27,961 nucleotides of DNA, from positions 1 through 27,961 of the forward strand of contig CALGIB010000804.1 in NCBI GenBank assembly GCA_937915955.1. Direction: 5' to 3'. Source of the stretch: an uncultured Pseudomonadota bacterium (GTDB lineage Bacteria; Myxococcota_A; UBA796; CAJQPC01). The position numbers were made by a program, and so were the translations under genes. This document shows positions 1 to 7,402 of this stretch, piece after piece; the first letter of the stretch is position 1; every line of letters begins with the position of its first letter. Under the pieces are notes generated by a model, which had not been told where the DNA came from, ran no database searches, and saw nothing but the letters and a program-made list of their open reading frames with translations.

Positions 1-480
1 CTGCGGCTTGGTGGTCGCGAAGATGAAGATGACGTGGGGCGGAGGCTCCTCGAGCGTCTTGAGCAGGGCGTTGAAGGCCCCGATCGAGAGCATGTGGACC
101 TCGTCGATGATGTAGATGCGGTAGCGGTCGCGCGAGGGCAGGTAGCGGACGGCGTCGCGCAGCTCGCGCACGTCGTCGACCGAGTTGTTGCTGGCGCCGT
201 CGACCTCGACCACGTCGGAGCTGTTGCCGTTGGGCGTCTCGTAGCAGCTGGCGCACTCGCCGCAGGGCTTGGAGGTGGGGCCGCTCACGCAGTTCAGGCA
301 GCGGGCGAAGGTGCGCGCCGCGGTGGTCTTGCCCACCCCCCGGGCCCCGGTGAACAGGAACGCGTGGTGGACGCGGTCGCGGTCCAGCGCGTTCTGGAGG
401 GTCTGGGTGACGTGACCCTGGCCCGCGATCTCTTCGAAGGTCGTGGGGCGCCACTTCCTGGCGATGGCCTGGTAGCTCAA
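1..480 (-). CDS. dnaX: DNA polymerase III subunit gamma/tau, N-terminal part (runs off the window)
   Basis: Manual translation from TTG at 480 (GGAGG upstream): SYQAIARKWRPTTFEEIAGQGHVTQTLQNAL...HAFLFTGARGVGKTTAAR...C-x7-PCGECASC zinc motif...EVDGASNNSVDDVREL...IIDEVHML...FNALLKTLEEPP. Not in the supplied ORF track because it is open at the window edge. Confidence 0.97.
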   Translation of the reverse strand, partial: MSYQAIARKWRPTTFEEIAGQGHVTQTLQNALDRDRVHHAFLFTGARGVGKTTAARTFARCLNCVSGPTSKPCGECASCYETPNGNSSDVVEVDGASNNSVDDVRELRDAVRYLPSRDRYRIYIIDEVHMLSIGAFNALLKTLEEPPPHVIFIFATTKPQ

Positions 481-547
481 GCTGCCTCCGAGGTTGGGCC
501 TCCCGTAACCCTGAGTGGCGGTACCCTGCGATCTTGTCGGAGAGACC

Positions 548-1183
548 ATGCTGTTGATGATGCTGGCCTGCCTGAGTGAGCGCGACGTGGCCCCGTCGAG
601 CGGGGTCCCCGAGGCGGACGCGGACACGGACACGGACGCCGACACGGACACGGACAGCGACTCGGACTCGGACTCGGACTCGGACGCTGACAGCGACGCG
701 GACTCGGACGCCGACTCGGACGCCGACACCGACGCCCGGGCCGCCTTCCTGGACGTGACGCTGCAGGCAGGCGAGGAGCGCCGCGAGCTGGCCTGGACCC
801 GCGACGGAGGTCAGACGCTGGAGTGCTGGGACTTCGGCGATGGCTGGCTGTGGCTGCACTTCCTGGACGAGGCCACGGGCACCCAGCTCGACATCGACGT
901 CTGCAACTACGAGGGCAGCGGCTCGTACATGGCCTTCGACCCGACGGTGCAGGACTGCCCCGGGGCGGTGCCGGCCTTCGATGTCTGGCGGACCGAGCAG
1001 GAGGAGCAGGTCTGGACCAGCGCGGTGGGCCAGCCCTGCGAGCTGGAGCTCGAGGAGGACGCCGGCCTGGGCGGGGAGTTCGCCTGCTCGCTGGCGGACC
1101 TGGACGAGGAGGGCAACGACGGGCGAGGCGACCGCATGCTGGAGTCGGGCAGCTTCTGGTGCGAGCTGGAGCCCTTCGAGTAG
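548..1183 (+). CDS. Putative lipoprotein with Asp-X repeat linker and Cys-containing acidic C-terminal domain
   Basis: ATG at 548 after GGAGAG; MLLMMLAC lipobox-like start; 20 D-X dipeptides; strong GC3 bias; stop TAG 1181-1183. Confidence 0.8.
   Translation: MLLMMLACLSERDVAPSSGVPEADADTDTDADTDTDSDSDSDSDSDADSDADSDADSDADTDARAAFLDVTLQAGEERRELAWTRDGGQTLECWDFGDGWLWLHFLDEATGTQLDIDVCNYEGSGSYMAFDPTVQDCPGAVPAFDVWRTEQEEQVWTSAVGQPCELELEEDAGLGGEFACSLADLDEEGNDGRGDRMLESGSFWCELEPFE
617..736 (+). repeat. Coding hexanucleotide repeat GAC-NNN x20 (DA/DT/DS)
   Basis: gacgcg gacacg gacacg gacgcc ... gactcg runs ... gacacc gacgcc read directly from the sequence. Confidence 0.9.
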
Positions 1184-1193
1184 CGAGCTGGGC

Positions 1194-2591
1194 TCAGGGC
1201 CAGCGCTGGTCCAGCAGCTCGCCGCCGCCGTAGAGCCGCTCCTCGACCAGGACGCCTTGATGGTAGGTGCGCCACCAGCCGTTGGCCGCGTCGCCCTGGT
1301 ACTCGCCCTGCTCCCGGACCGAGCCGTCCTGGTTCCAGCGCGTCCAGGCGCCCTCCATCTCGCCGTCGACGAAGTGCAGCTCGTCCCGGAGTTGCCCGTC
1401 GGGGAACCAGCCGCGGTGCACGCCCACGGGCAGCCCGGCCTGGTAGTGCATCTCGCTGATGAGCTGGCCGCTGACGGTCCAGAGCTGCCAGGTGCCGTCG
1501 CGCTCGCCGGCCTCGTCGAAGACCTGCAGCTCCTGGAGCCGCCCGTCCGGGGACCAGCTGCGGTGCTCGCCGACCTCGCGCCCGCCCCGGAACTCTCCCT
1601 CGAAGAGCAGCTGCTCGCCGGCATACTCGCGCCTCCAGCCGTCCAGCTGGCCGTGGGAGTAGCTGGCCTCGGTGGCCAGCACGCCGGAGTCCGACCAGCT
1701 GCGCTGGATGCCGTGCAGCTGCCCCCCCAGCCAGCCGGCCTCCCCGACCAGCGCGCCGCTCCGGCTCCAGCTCCGGTGCACGCCCTCCCGCTCGCCGCGC
1801 GCCCAGCTGCCCGAGCTGCGCGGCTGACCGTTGGCGTGGAAGATCCGCCAGTCGCCGTGGGTCAGCCCGTCTTCGTAGGCGCCCTGCCGGTAGAGCTGGC
1901 CGTCGGCGTACCACTCGCGCATGGCCCCGGTCTGCGCGCCCAGGGACCAGCTGGACTCGAGCTTGGGCACCTCGGCGGCGTGCCACTCCCGCCAGTCGCC
2001 GTCTCGCACGCCGCGCACCCAGACCCCCTCGAGCAGCAGCGCTCCCTCGGGGCTCCACTGGCGCTCGGGGCCGTCCAGCGCGCCCTCGAGCCAGCCCCGC
2101 TCCAGCGCCAGGCTGCCGTCCTCGTACCAGCGGCTCTCGGGCCCGGACTGCCGGCCATCCTCGAGCACACACCAGCGCTGCTGGAGCTGCCCGTCGATGT
2201 ACTCGATCTGCAGCTTGCGGGTGCCCTCGGGGCAGCCCGCGTTCGCGGTCAGCTGGCTGACCACCAGCCCGACGACGACGACCACCCCGGTCAAGCTGGC
2301 GCCGGCCACGGCCAGAGCCTGCCGGGCGCCGCGGCTGAGCCCGGGCCGGATCATCACGTCCTCGCCGCGCTCGGCGGCGGCCAGGCGATCCCGCTGGCTC
2401 TGCTCGCTGAGGTGCGCGACCACCGCGCCGCCGACGTAGAGCAGGGCCCCCAGCATGGTCAGGCTGCCGACGAGGATCGGCCGCTCGACGAAGGCCTTCA
2501 GCCAGCTGTCGATGAAGACGCCGACCACCCCGACCAGGGTGGCCAGGAGCCAGGAGAGCAGCTTGAAGTCCGAGTAGCGGGGCGAGCCCAC
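1194..2591 (-). CDS. Membrane-anchored MORN-variant (YwqK-like) repeat protein
   Basis: Three hydrophobic N-terminal segments, then about 13 repeats of about 24 aa of the form G-x-W/H-x-x-W-x-x-x-G-x-L-x-x-E-G-x-W/Y-x-x-G. Confidence 0.85.
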   Translation of the reverse strand: MGSPRYSDFKLLSWLLATLVGVVGVFIDSWLKAFVERPILVGSLTMLGALLYVGGAVVAHLSEQSQRDRLAAAERGEDVMIRPGLSRGARQALAVAGASLTGVVVVVGLVVSQLTANAGCPEGTRKLQIEYIDGQLQQRWCVLEDGRQSGPESRWYEDGSLALERGWLEGALDGPERQWSPEGALLLEGVWVRGVRDGDWREWHAAEVPKLESSWSLGAQTGAMREWYADGQLYRQGAYEDGLTHGDWRIFHANGQPRSSGSWARGEREGVHRSWSRSGALVGEAGWLGGQLHGIQRSWSDSGVLATEASYSHGQLDGWRREYAGEQLLFEGEFRGGREVGEHRSWSPDGRLQELQVFDEAGERDGTWQLWTVSGQLISEMHYQAGLPVGVHRGWFPDGQLRDELHFVDGEMEGAWTRWNQDGSVREQGEYQGDAANGWWRTYHQGVLVEERLYGGGELLDQRWP

Positions 2592-2594
2592 CGG

Positions 2595-3074
2595 CTAGCC
2601 CATGCTCGCCTCGGCCAACGCCTGGCCCGTCTTCAGCGCGGTGCGGAAGCGCTCGTCCAGGCGGCGGATGTCCGAGGCCAGCTGCTGGGCCAGCAGCAGC
2701 TGGAAGCGCGCGTGCACGCCACGGTGCGTGCGCAGCAGCAGCTTCAGGGTGCGGCGGTCAAGGCGCGCTGTGCGGCTGGGGCCCAGCGTGGTGCAGGTGG
2801 CGCTGCGCGGGCCGTCGTCGAACAGGGCGACCAGGCCGAGCAGCGCGCCGGGCGTCACGACCTTGCGCACGGTCTGCTCGCCGCTGGGGGAGCTGCAGGT
2901 CACCTCGACCTGGCCCTCGAGCAGCAGGTAGACCGCCGAGCTGCCGCCGTCGGCCTGGTCTCCCTGGCGCAGCAGGGTCACCGGACGGGCGTGCTCCTCG
3001 ACCACCATCAGGCGCTCGAGCAGGCTGAGATCGTCCGGGCGGAGCCCGGCGAACAGGCGGAGCTGGTCCAGCAT
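2595..3074 (-). CDS. Stand-alone cyclic nucleotide-binding domain protein
   Basis: LFAGL...LLRQGD...VYLLLEGQVEV...PGALLGLVALFDDGPRSATC plus C-helix; ATG overlaps the upstream stop (TGATG); no HTH. Confidence 0.85.
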   Translation of the reverse strand: MLDQLRLFAGLRPDDLSLLERLMVVEEHARPVTLLRQGDQADGGSSAVYLLLEGQVEVTCSSPSGEQTVRKVVTPGALLGLVALFDDGPRSATCTTLGPSRTARLDRRTLKLLLRTHRGVHARFQLLLAQQLASDIRRLDERFRTALKTGQALAEASMG

Positions 3075-3577
3075 CAAGTCGTCCCCGGGTCGAGGAGCCA
3101 GGACAGGGCGCGCTCGACCAGGCTTCGCTGCGAGCCGGGGGCCTGCAAGGTCCAGTTGTCCTGGTCCTCGGTCAGCACGCCCTCGCTCGTGCGGCGCAGG
3201 CGGCTCGCCAGCGTCGCGGTGAGGTGTTCCAGCAGGGGGCCGGCCTGCTCGGGGTAGCTCAGCACCAGGCGCTGGAAGGTGTCGGGGCCCATGACGAGCA
3301 CGCGGCTGGCGTCCAGCGCGCGCACCGTCGCGGTGGAGGTCCGGCCGTCCACCAGCTGGATCTCGCCCAGGACCGCCCCGGGCCCGAGCGCGCCGAGATC
3401 CAGGGTCTCGCCGTCGACCTCGAGCAGGACCTGAAGGCTGCCCTCGACCAGCACACAGAGCCCGGGCCCGGGCGCGCCGAAGGTGAACAGCTCGTCCCCC
3501 GCGGCCAGGCTGCGAGGCTCCATGCGCGCCGCGAGCTCGGCTGATCCCAGCGCCCGCTCGACGAGCTGCGCGTCCAA
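3074..3577 (-). CDS. Stand-alone cyclic nucleotide-binding domain protein
   Basis: LAAGDELFTFGAPG..LCVLVEGSLQV...LGPGAVLGEIQLVDGRTSTATVRA; probable TTG start at 3577, 1 nt after the preceding TAG. Confidence 0.8.
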   Translation of the reverse strand: MDAQLVERALGSAELAARMEPRSLAAGDELFTFGAPGPGLCVLVEGSLQVLLEVDGETLDLGALGPGAVLGEIQLVDGRTSTATVRALDASRVLVMGPDTFQRLVLSYPEQAGPLLEHLTATLASRLRRTSEGVLTEDQDNWTLQAPGSQRSLVERALSWLLDPGTT

Positions 3578-3578
3578 C

Positions 3579-3953
3579 CTAGCGGCCGAAGTGGATGGGG
3601 GCGTCGGCGCCGTCAGCCAGGTAGGCGCCCATCGCCAGCAGGGCCACGCCGCGGGCCACGTCGCGGGCCCAGCGGCCACCCTCGTGATCGCTGGAGAAGC
3701 GGAGGCGCACGTCGCTGGCCTTGGCCACCGCCGTCCAGGCTTCGCCCTCGCCCAGGCCCAGGTCGTCGGTGTCGACGCTGATCTGCACGGGCACCGGCTG
3801 GCCGTCGATCGTCAGGCCGAGCTCGCCCGAGCGCGCGGAGAGCGCGTCGTCGCCGTCGAGCTCCAGCGCCCAGCCGCGGCTGGACAGGGCGCGAAGGACG
3901 TCGGCGGTGGAGGGCAGGCGGTCGGTGCGGACAAAGGCGCTGTACTCAGGCAT
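3579..3953 (-). CDS. Hypothetical protein (124 aa)
   Basis: ATG at 3953 with GAGGAG upstream; typical codon bias; first gene of the cNMP/MORN operon. No family recognised. Confidence 0.65.
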   Translation of the reverse strand: MPEYSAFVRTDRLPSTADVLRALSSRGWALELDGDDALSARSGELGLTIDGQPVPVQISVDTDDLGLGEGEAWTAVAKASDVRLRFSSDHEGGRWARDVARGVALLAMGAYLADGADAPIHFGR

Positions 3954-4019
3954 GTCTCGTGCTCCTCGAGGTCCCGGAACTATCGCGCAGGCGAGGCTGC
4001 TGCACGTAGGCTGCCGGAC

Positions 4020-4934
4020 ATGAGGAAGCTGTGGCCGTTGCTTGTGCTGGGCGCTGGGTTGGCGCTGCCGGTGGTGGTGGTGGGCGGACTGCTGGCTCGC
4101 GGACGCGCCTCGGTGCCGGACGAGCCTCCGCTGCGGCCCTTGCCATCGGAGGTGTCGCCAGGGCCCGAGGTCTGGGCGGAGCTCCAGCGGGTGCCCGAGC
4201 TGCCGGCCCATGAGCAGGGCGCCGCGCTGGAGGAGCTCTACCGCCGGGGCGGACTCAGCTTTCCGACGGTGGACCCGCTCGGCGCGGGCCCCGATCTGCG
4301 GCCGGTGCTGGACCTGATGAAGGCCCGCTCCGCCGAGGCGCTGGTCCTCGAGGACGGACGAGAGGCGCTGCGGCAGGTGATCACCTGCCTGGCCTGGGGC
4401 CTGCGCATCAAGGACGCCGAGGGCTCGCTGATGAGCCTGGTCACTGGAGCGGTCGTGGCCGAGGACGCCCTGAGCCAGCTCGAGGCGCTGCTGGGCCAGC
4501 GGCCCGAGCTCCGGGAGTCCGCGCTGGCTCTGCTGCAGGGGCTGCCCCGGCGTCAGAGCTCGCCGCGGGCTGTGGTCGAGGAGTGCGAGAGCCTCGCGCG
4601 GCTGTTCGAGGACGAGGAGCGGCTGCTCGGCGAGGTGGGCTCGACGGGGCCCGCGTTCGCCCAGAGCTGGCTCATCGACGGGCACGCCAACGCGGCGTGG
4701 CAGCGCGCCTGGTGCCGGGAGATCCTCGCTCAGCTGGTCCGGCCGCCGGAGCTGCGCGAGCTGGTGCCGTTCACGCCGCGCTGGGAGGGCGCGGGGCCGG
4801 AGCGCTTCGTACACAACCCAGGCGGGCGCGTGCTCGCGGACCTGGCCTCGCCGGATCTGATGGCCTTCGCCGAGCGCGAAGACCAGGTGCTGGCGCACAT
4901 GCGCGAGCTCATCGACGAGCTCGGCGGGACCTGA
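4020..4934 (+). CDS. Hypothetical protein with N-terminal signal/membrane anchor (304 aa)
   Basis: MRKLWPLLVLGAGLALPVVVVGGLL hydrophobic N-terminus; strong GC3 bias; stop TGA 4932-4934. Confidence 0.7.
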   Translation: MRKLWPLLVLGAGLALPVVVVGGLLARGRASVPDEPPLRPLPSEVSPGPEVWAELQRVPELPAHEQGAALEELYRRGGLSFPTVDPLGAGPDLRPVLDLMKARSAEALVLEDGREALRQVITCLAWGLRIKDAEGSLMSLVTGAVVAEDALSQLEALLGQRPELRESALALLQGLPRRQSSPRAVVEECESLARLFEDEERLLGEVGSTGPAFAQSWLIDGHANAAWQRAWCREILAQLVRPPELRELVPFTPRWEGAGPERFVHNPGGRVLADLASPDLMAFAEREDQVLAHMRELIDELGGT

Positions 4935-5459
4935 TCAGTCCAGCTCGGCCCAGCCCTCGACCTCCTGCTCGCCGCCGCCGCCGCCCATGTTGATCTCGGC
5001 CACCCACTGCAGGGTCACGTCGCCGTCGTCGATCTGGCCCTCGAGGTCGGCCTCGATCTCCTGCGCTCCGTCGCGGCCCTCCCAGAGGATCACGACCTGG
5101 CCGGTGATCTGACCGTCCTCGTCGACCTCGCCCTCCAGCTCGGCGGGCAGCTCCCAGTCCTCGCCCCAGTTGGACTCGGCGCCGCAGACGCCATCGCCGC
5201 TCAGCTGACCGTCCTCGTCGACGGACAGCGACAGCTCGCCCTCGCAGAGCTCCCAGCTCTACTCGGGGATGAACAGGCCCATCTGGCCGCTGTAGTCGCC
5301 CTCGAAGGCGCTGGTCTCGGGCTCGTCGGTGTCGTCGGTGTCGTCGGTGTCGTCCCCACCGCCCGTGTCGTCCCCGCTGTTGTTCGGGTCGGCCTGGCCG
5401 GTGTCACCGAGGGCGCTGGTCGTGGGGCCGCACGCCAGGCTGAGGGCGAGAAGAAGCAT
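4935..5459 (-). pseudogene. Acidic lipoprotein gene interrupted by one in-frame TAG (codon 67 of 175)
   Basis: MLLLALSLAC...GLFIPE-TAG(5259-5261)-SWELCEGELSLSVDEDGQLSGDGVCG...EGWAELD-TGA(4935-4937); the frame continues with the same codon bias after the TAG. Confidence 0.75.
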
Positions 5460-5541
5460 GGGGTCTCCGGGATCGGGGGTCGTTCGGGTCTAGATGGGTT
5501 GAAGGTGGCCGCGCGATCGACGTCATCGCGTGAACCCTGGC

Positions 5542-6297
5542 TCAGGGGCTGTACGCGACGAGGTGGCTGCTCACGCTCTGGACCGAGCCGGCGTCGCTGT
5601 CTACCCAGCCCGAGGGCTCGCCGTCGTAGCGGATCTCGAGCACCTGGAAGGTGCCGGCGGGCACCGTGACGTCGCCGTGGGCGTGCAGAGAGCCCGTATA
5701 GCCGCCTTCGAAGTCCTGGCTGGTCGGCCCGCTCGAGCCGGTCTCGGTCGTGCTCATGCCCGCGTAGGTCGAGGTCCAGCTGTCGCCCTCGCCCGCGCCG
5801 GCCGGCATCACCAGGTAGGGCTCGGTGTAGGTGATCGTCGTGTTGGCCCAGTAGTCGGTGCCCTCGATGCGGTAGTCGGTCTCCTGGCTGAAGCCGAGGA
5901 ACCAGGCTCCGTCGTCGTCGCAGCGGTAGGTGCTCAGGATCGTCCACTCGTAGCGCTGGTAGCTGGGGTGATCGATCTCCCCGACGCTGCGCGTGGTCAC
6001 CCGGTCGCCGTCCACGCTCTGGGTCTGCACGGTCCAGGTCGAGCTGTAGCCGAGCTCGTCTTCGAACTCGGGCGTGTAGCTCCACTCCCAGCTGCGGCCC
6101 TCGTAGCCCAGGCCGGTGTAGGCCGGGCACAGGCGCCCGGGGCCGCCGCCGCTGTCGTCGGTGACGCTGTCGTCGCCGCCGTTGCCATCGCCGTTGCCAT
6201 CGCCGTTGCCGCCGGGCAGGTCGCCGTCGGGGGGCTTGCCGCCGGCGCAGGCCAGGCCGAGGAGCACGAAGGGGACCAGCAGGGGGCGGGCGTTCAT
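5542..6297 (-). CDS. Lipoprotein of unknown function (251 aa), Gly/Asp-rich linker and beta-rich domain
   Basis: MNARPLLVPFVLLGLAC lipobox; GNGD repeats; C-terminal 'VTVPAGTF' motif; ATG overlaps the upstream stop (ATGA). Confidence 0.85.
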   Translation of the reverse strand: MNARPLLVPFVLLGLACAGGKPPDGDLPGGNGDGNGDGNGGDDSVTDDSGGGPGRLCPAYTGLGYEGRSWEWSYTPEFEDELGYSSTWTVQTQSVDGDRVTTRSVGEIDHPSYQRYEWTILSTYRCDDDGAWFLGFSQETDYRIEGTDYWANTTITYTEPYLVMPAGAGEGDSWTSTYAGMSTTETGSSGPTSQDFEGGYTGSLHAHGDVTVPAGTFQVLEIRYDGEPSGWVDSDAGSVQSVSSHLVAYSP

Positions 6298-7298
6298 GGC
6301 CGCAAGGGTAGTCCCTCGAGCATGGGCATCGCATGCTGGCTCTCGAAGAGCACGAAGCCCGCCGCTCCGGCCTCTCGAGAGGCCAGGATGCAGGCGGCGA
6401 CCTGCTCCTGGGACAGGTGCTCGGTGTCGACGCCTGCGTAGATCGGGCGGCCCCCGGAGCGCTGGACGTGGTCGGCGGCCAGGGTCGCGAAGTCCAGCCG
6501 CTCGCCGGGCGGCGCCGTGGTCGGCCAGTAGATCATCGGCATGGCGGCATCGAGCAGCCCCTGCTGCAGCCAGGCGTGGCTGTCCTGCAGGTAGTCGGCG
6601 CTCCCTTCGCTGACGCCGGACCAGCCCCAGCGGTTGGTGTGTACCCCCCAGACCGCCGCGCTCAGGGGGATGTCCAGGGTCTGCTGGACCGCCTCGACCG
6701 TCTGCGTGACGTGGCCCGGGTCGGCGCCGTCGAAGTCCGAGGCCGGGTAGCGCACGTAGTCCAGGTGCAGCCCGTCCAGGGCGTAGCGGGACTCCAGGTC
6801 CTCGGCGACCGCCGCGATGTGCGCGCGGACCTGGGCGTTGGCGGGATCCGCGAAGACGTAGCCGCTGCTCTGGGCCATGGGCTGCCCGCCCTGCTTCAGC
6901 CACCAGTCGCGGTGCAGCGCCGCGGGGTGGTCCGGTGGAGGAGCCGAGGTGCCACGCCACAGCGGGAAGGTGTTCAGCCAGGCGTGCACCTGCATGTCCC
7001 GGGCGTGGCCCTGCTCGACCACGAAGGCCAGGGGATCCCAGCTGCCGCCGAGGCGGGCGGCCACGGGCTCCAGGCCCCCCAGGTAGTAGGCGTCGAAGGT
7101 GCCGCGGACCTGGAAGTAGACGGCGTTGATGCCGGCCTGGCCTGCCTCCTCGAGCAGCTGCTCGAGGTCGGCCTGAGAGGACCAGCCCCAGCGGGTGATC
7201 CAGAGGCCGCGCAGCTCCTGTGTGGGGGCCGCGATCGGCTCGGGGATCTGCTGGGCGAGGACGGGATCGGGCGAGGCGCAGGCCAGCAGGAGGAACAT
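6294..7298 (-). CDS. Glycoside hydrolase-like family 10 (GHL10, YddW/DigH-like) putative lipoprotein
   Basis: ELRGLWITRW, GINAVYFQVRG..DAYY, WDPLAFVVEQGHARDMQVHAWLN, DPAN..VRAHI...Y.LDGLHLDYVRYP, PMIY motifs. Confidence 0.88.
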   Translation of the reverse strand: MFLLLACASPDPVLAQQIPEPIAAPTQELRGLWITRWGWSSQADLEQLLEEAGQAGINAVYFQVRGTFDAYYLGGLEPVAARLGGSWDPLAFVVEQGHARDMQVHAWLNTFPLWRGTSAPPPDHPAALHRDWWLKQGGQPMAQSSGYVFADPANAQVRAHIAAVAEDLESRYALDGLHLDYVRYPASDFDGADPGHVTQTVEAVQQTLDIPLSAAVWGVHTNRWGWSGVSEGSADYLQDSHAWLQQGLLDAAMPMIYWPTTAPPGERLDFATLAADHVQRSGGRPIYAGVDTEHLSQEQVAACILASREAGAAGFVLFESQHAMPMLEGLPLRP

Positions 7299-7363
7299 GA
7301 AGGCTTGGTCACACGGCAGGCCGCCAGGTTCCACGTGCTTTGAGCCCCACTGTGTCCGTGATG

Positions 7364-7400
7364 TTCGATACAGTCGGCATGTAGATTCGAGAGAGACGAA
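7364..7400. promoter_or_regulatory. Two TTCG-N7-CGAA-type boxes in the GHL10/LysR divergent region (candidate LysR operator)
   Basis: TTCGATACAGTCGGC (7364-7378) and TTCGAGAGAGACGAA (7386-7400), 22 bp apart; the second contains T-N11-A. Confidence 0.55.
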
Positions 7401-7402
7401 CG

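Noticed and set aside
481-547. Possible SRP RNA (ffs) or tRNA upstream of dnaX; GGAGGCAGC resembles the SRP GGAAGCAGC
   Set aside because: Only 67 nt, lacks the rest of the SRP domain IV hairpin, and the motif is explained as the dnaX SD.
617-736. CRISPR-like or mobile repeat
   Set aside because: Tandem in-frame coding hexamers with no spacers; no cas, transposase or integrase genes anywhere in the window.
1194-2591. Toxin-antitoxin system suggested by YwqK-like repeats
   Set aside because: No adjacent toxin gene; the protein is membrane-anchored and the repeats are generic MORN variants.
840-3257. 805-aa plus-strand ORF and the many other overlapping ORFs in the track (e.g. 34-579, 10672-12618, 25883-27838)
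   Set aside because: Antisense or off-frame shadows of well-supported genes, with Arg/Pro/Gly-rich or motif-free translations.
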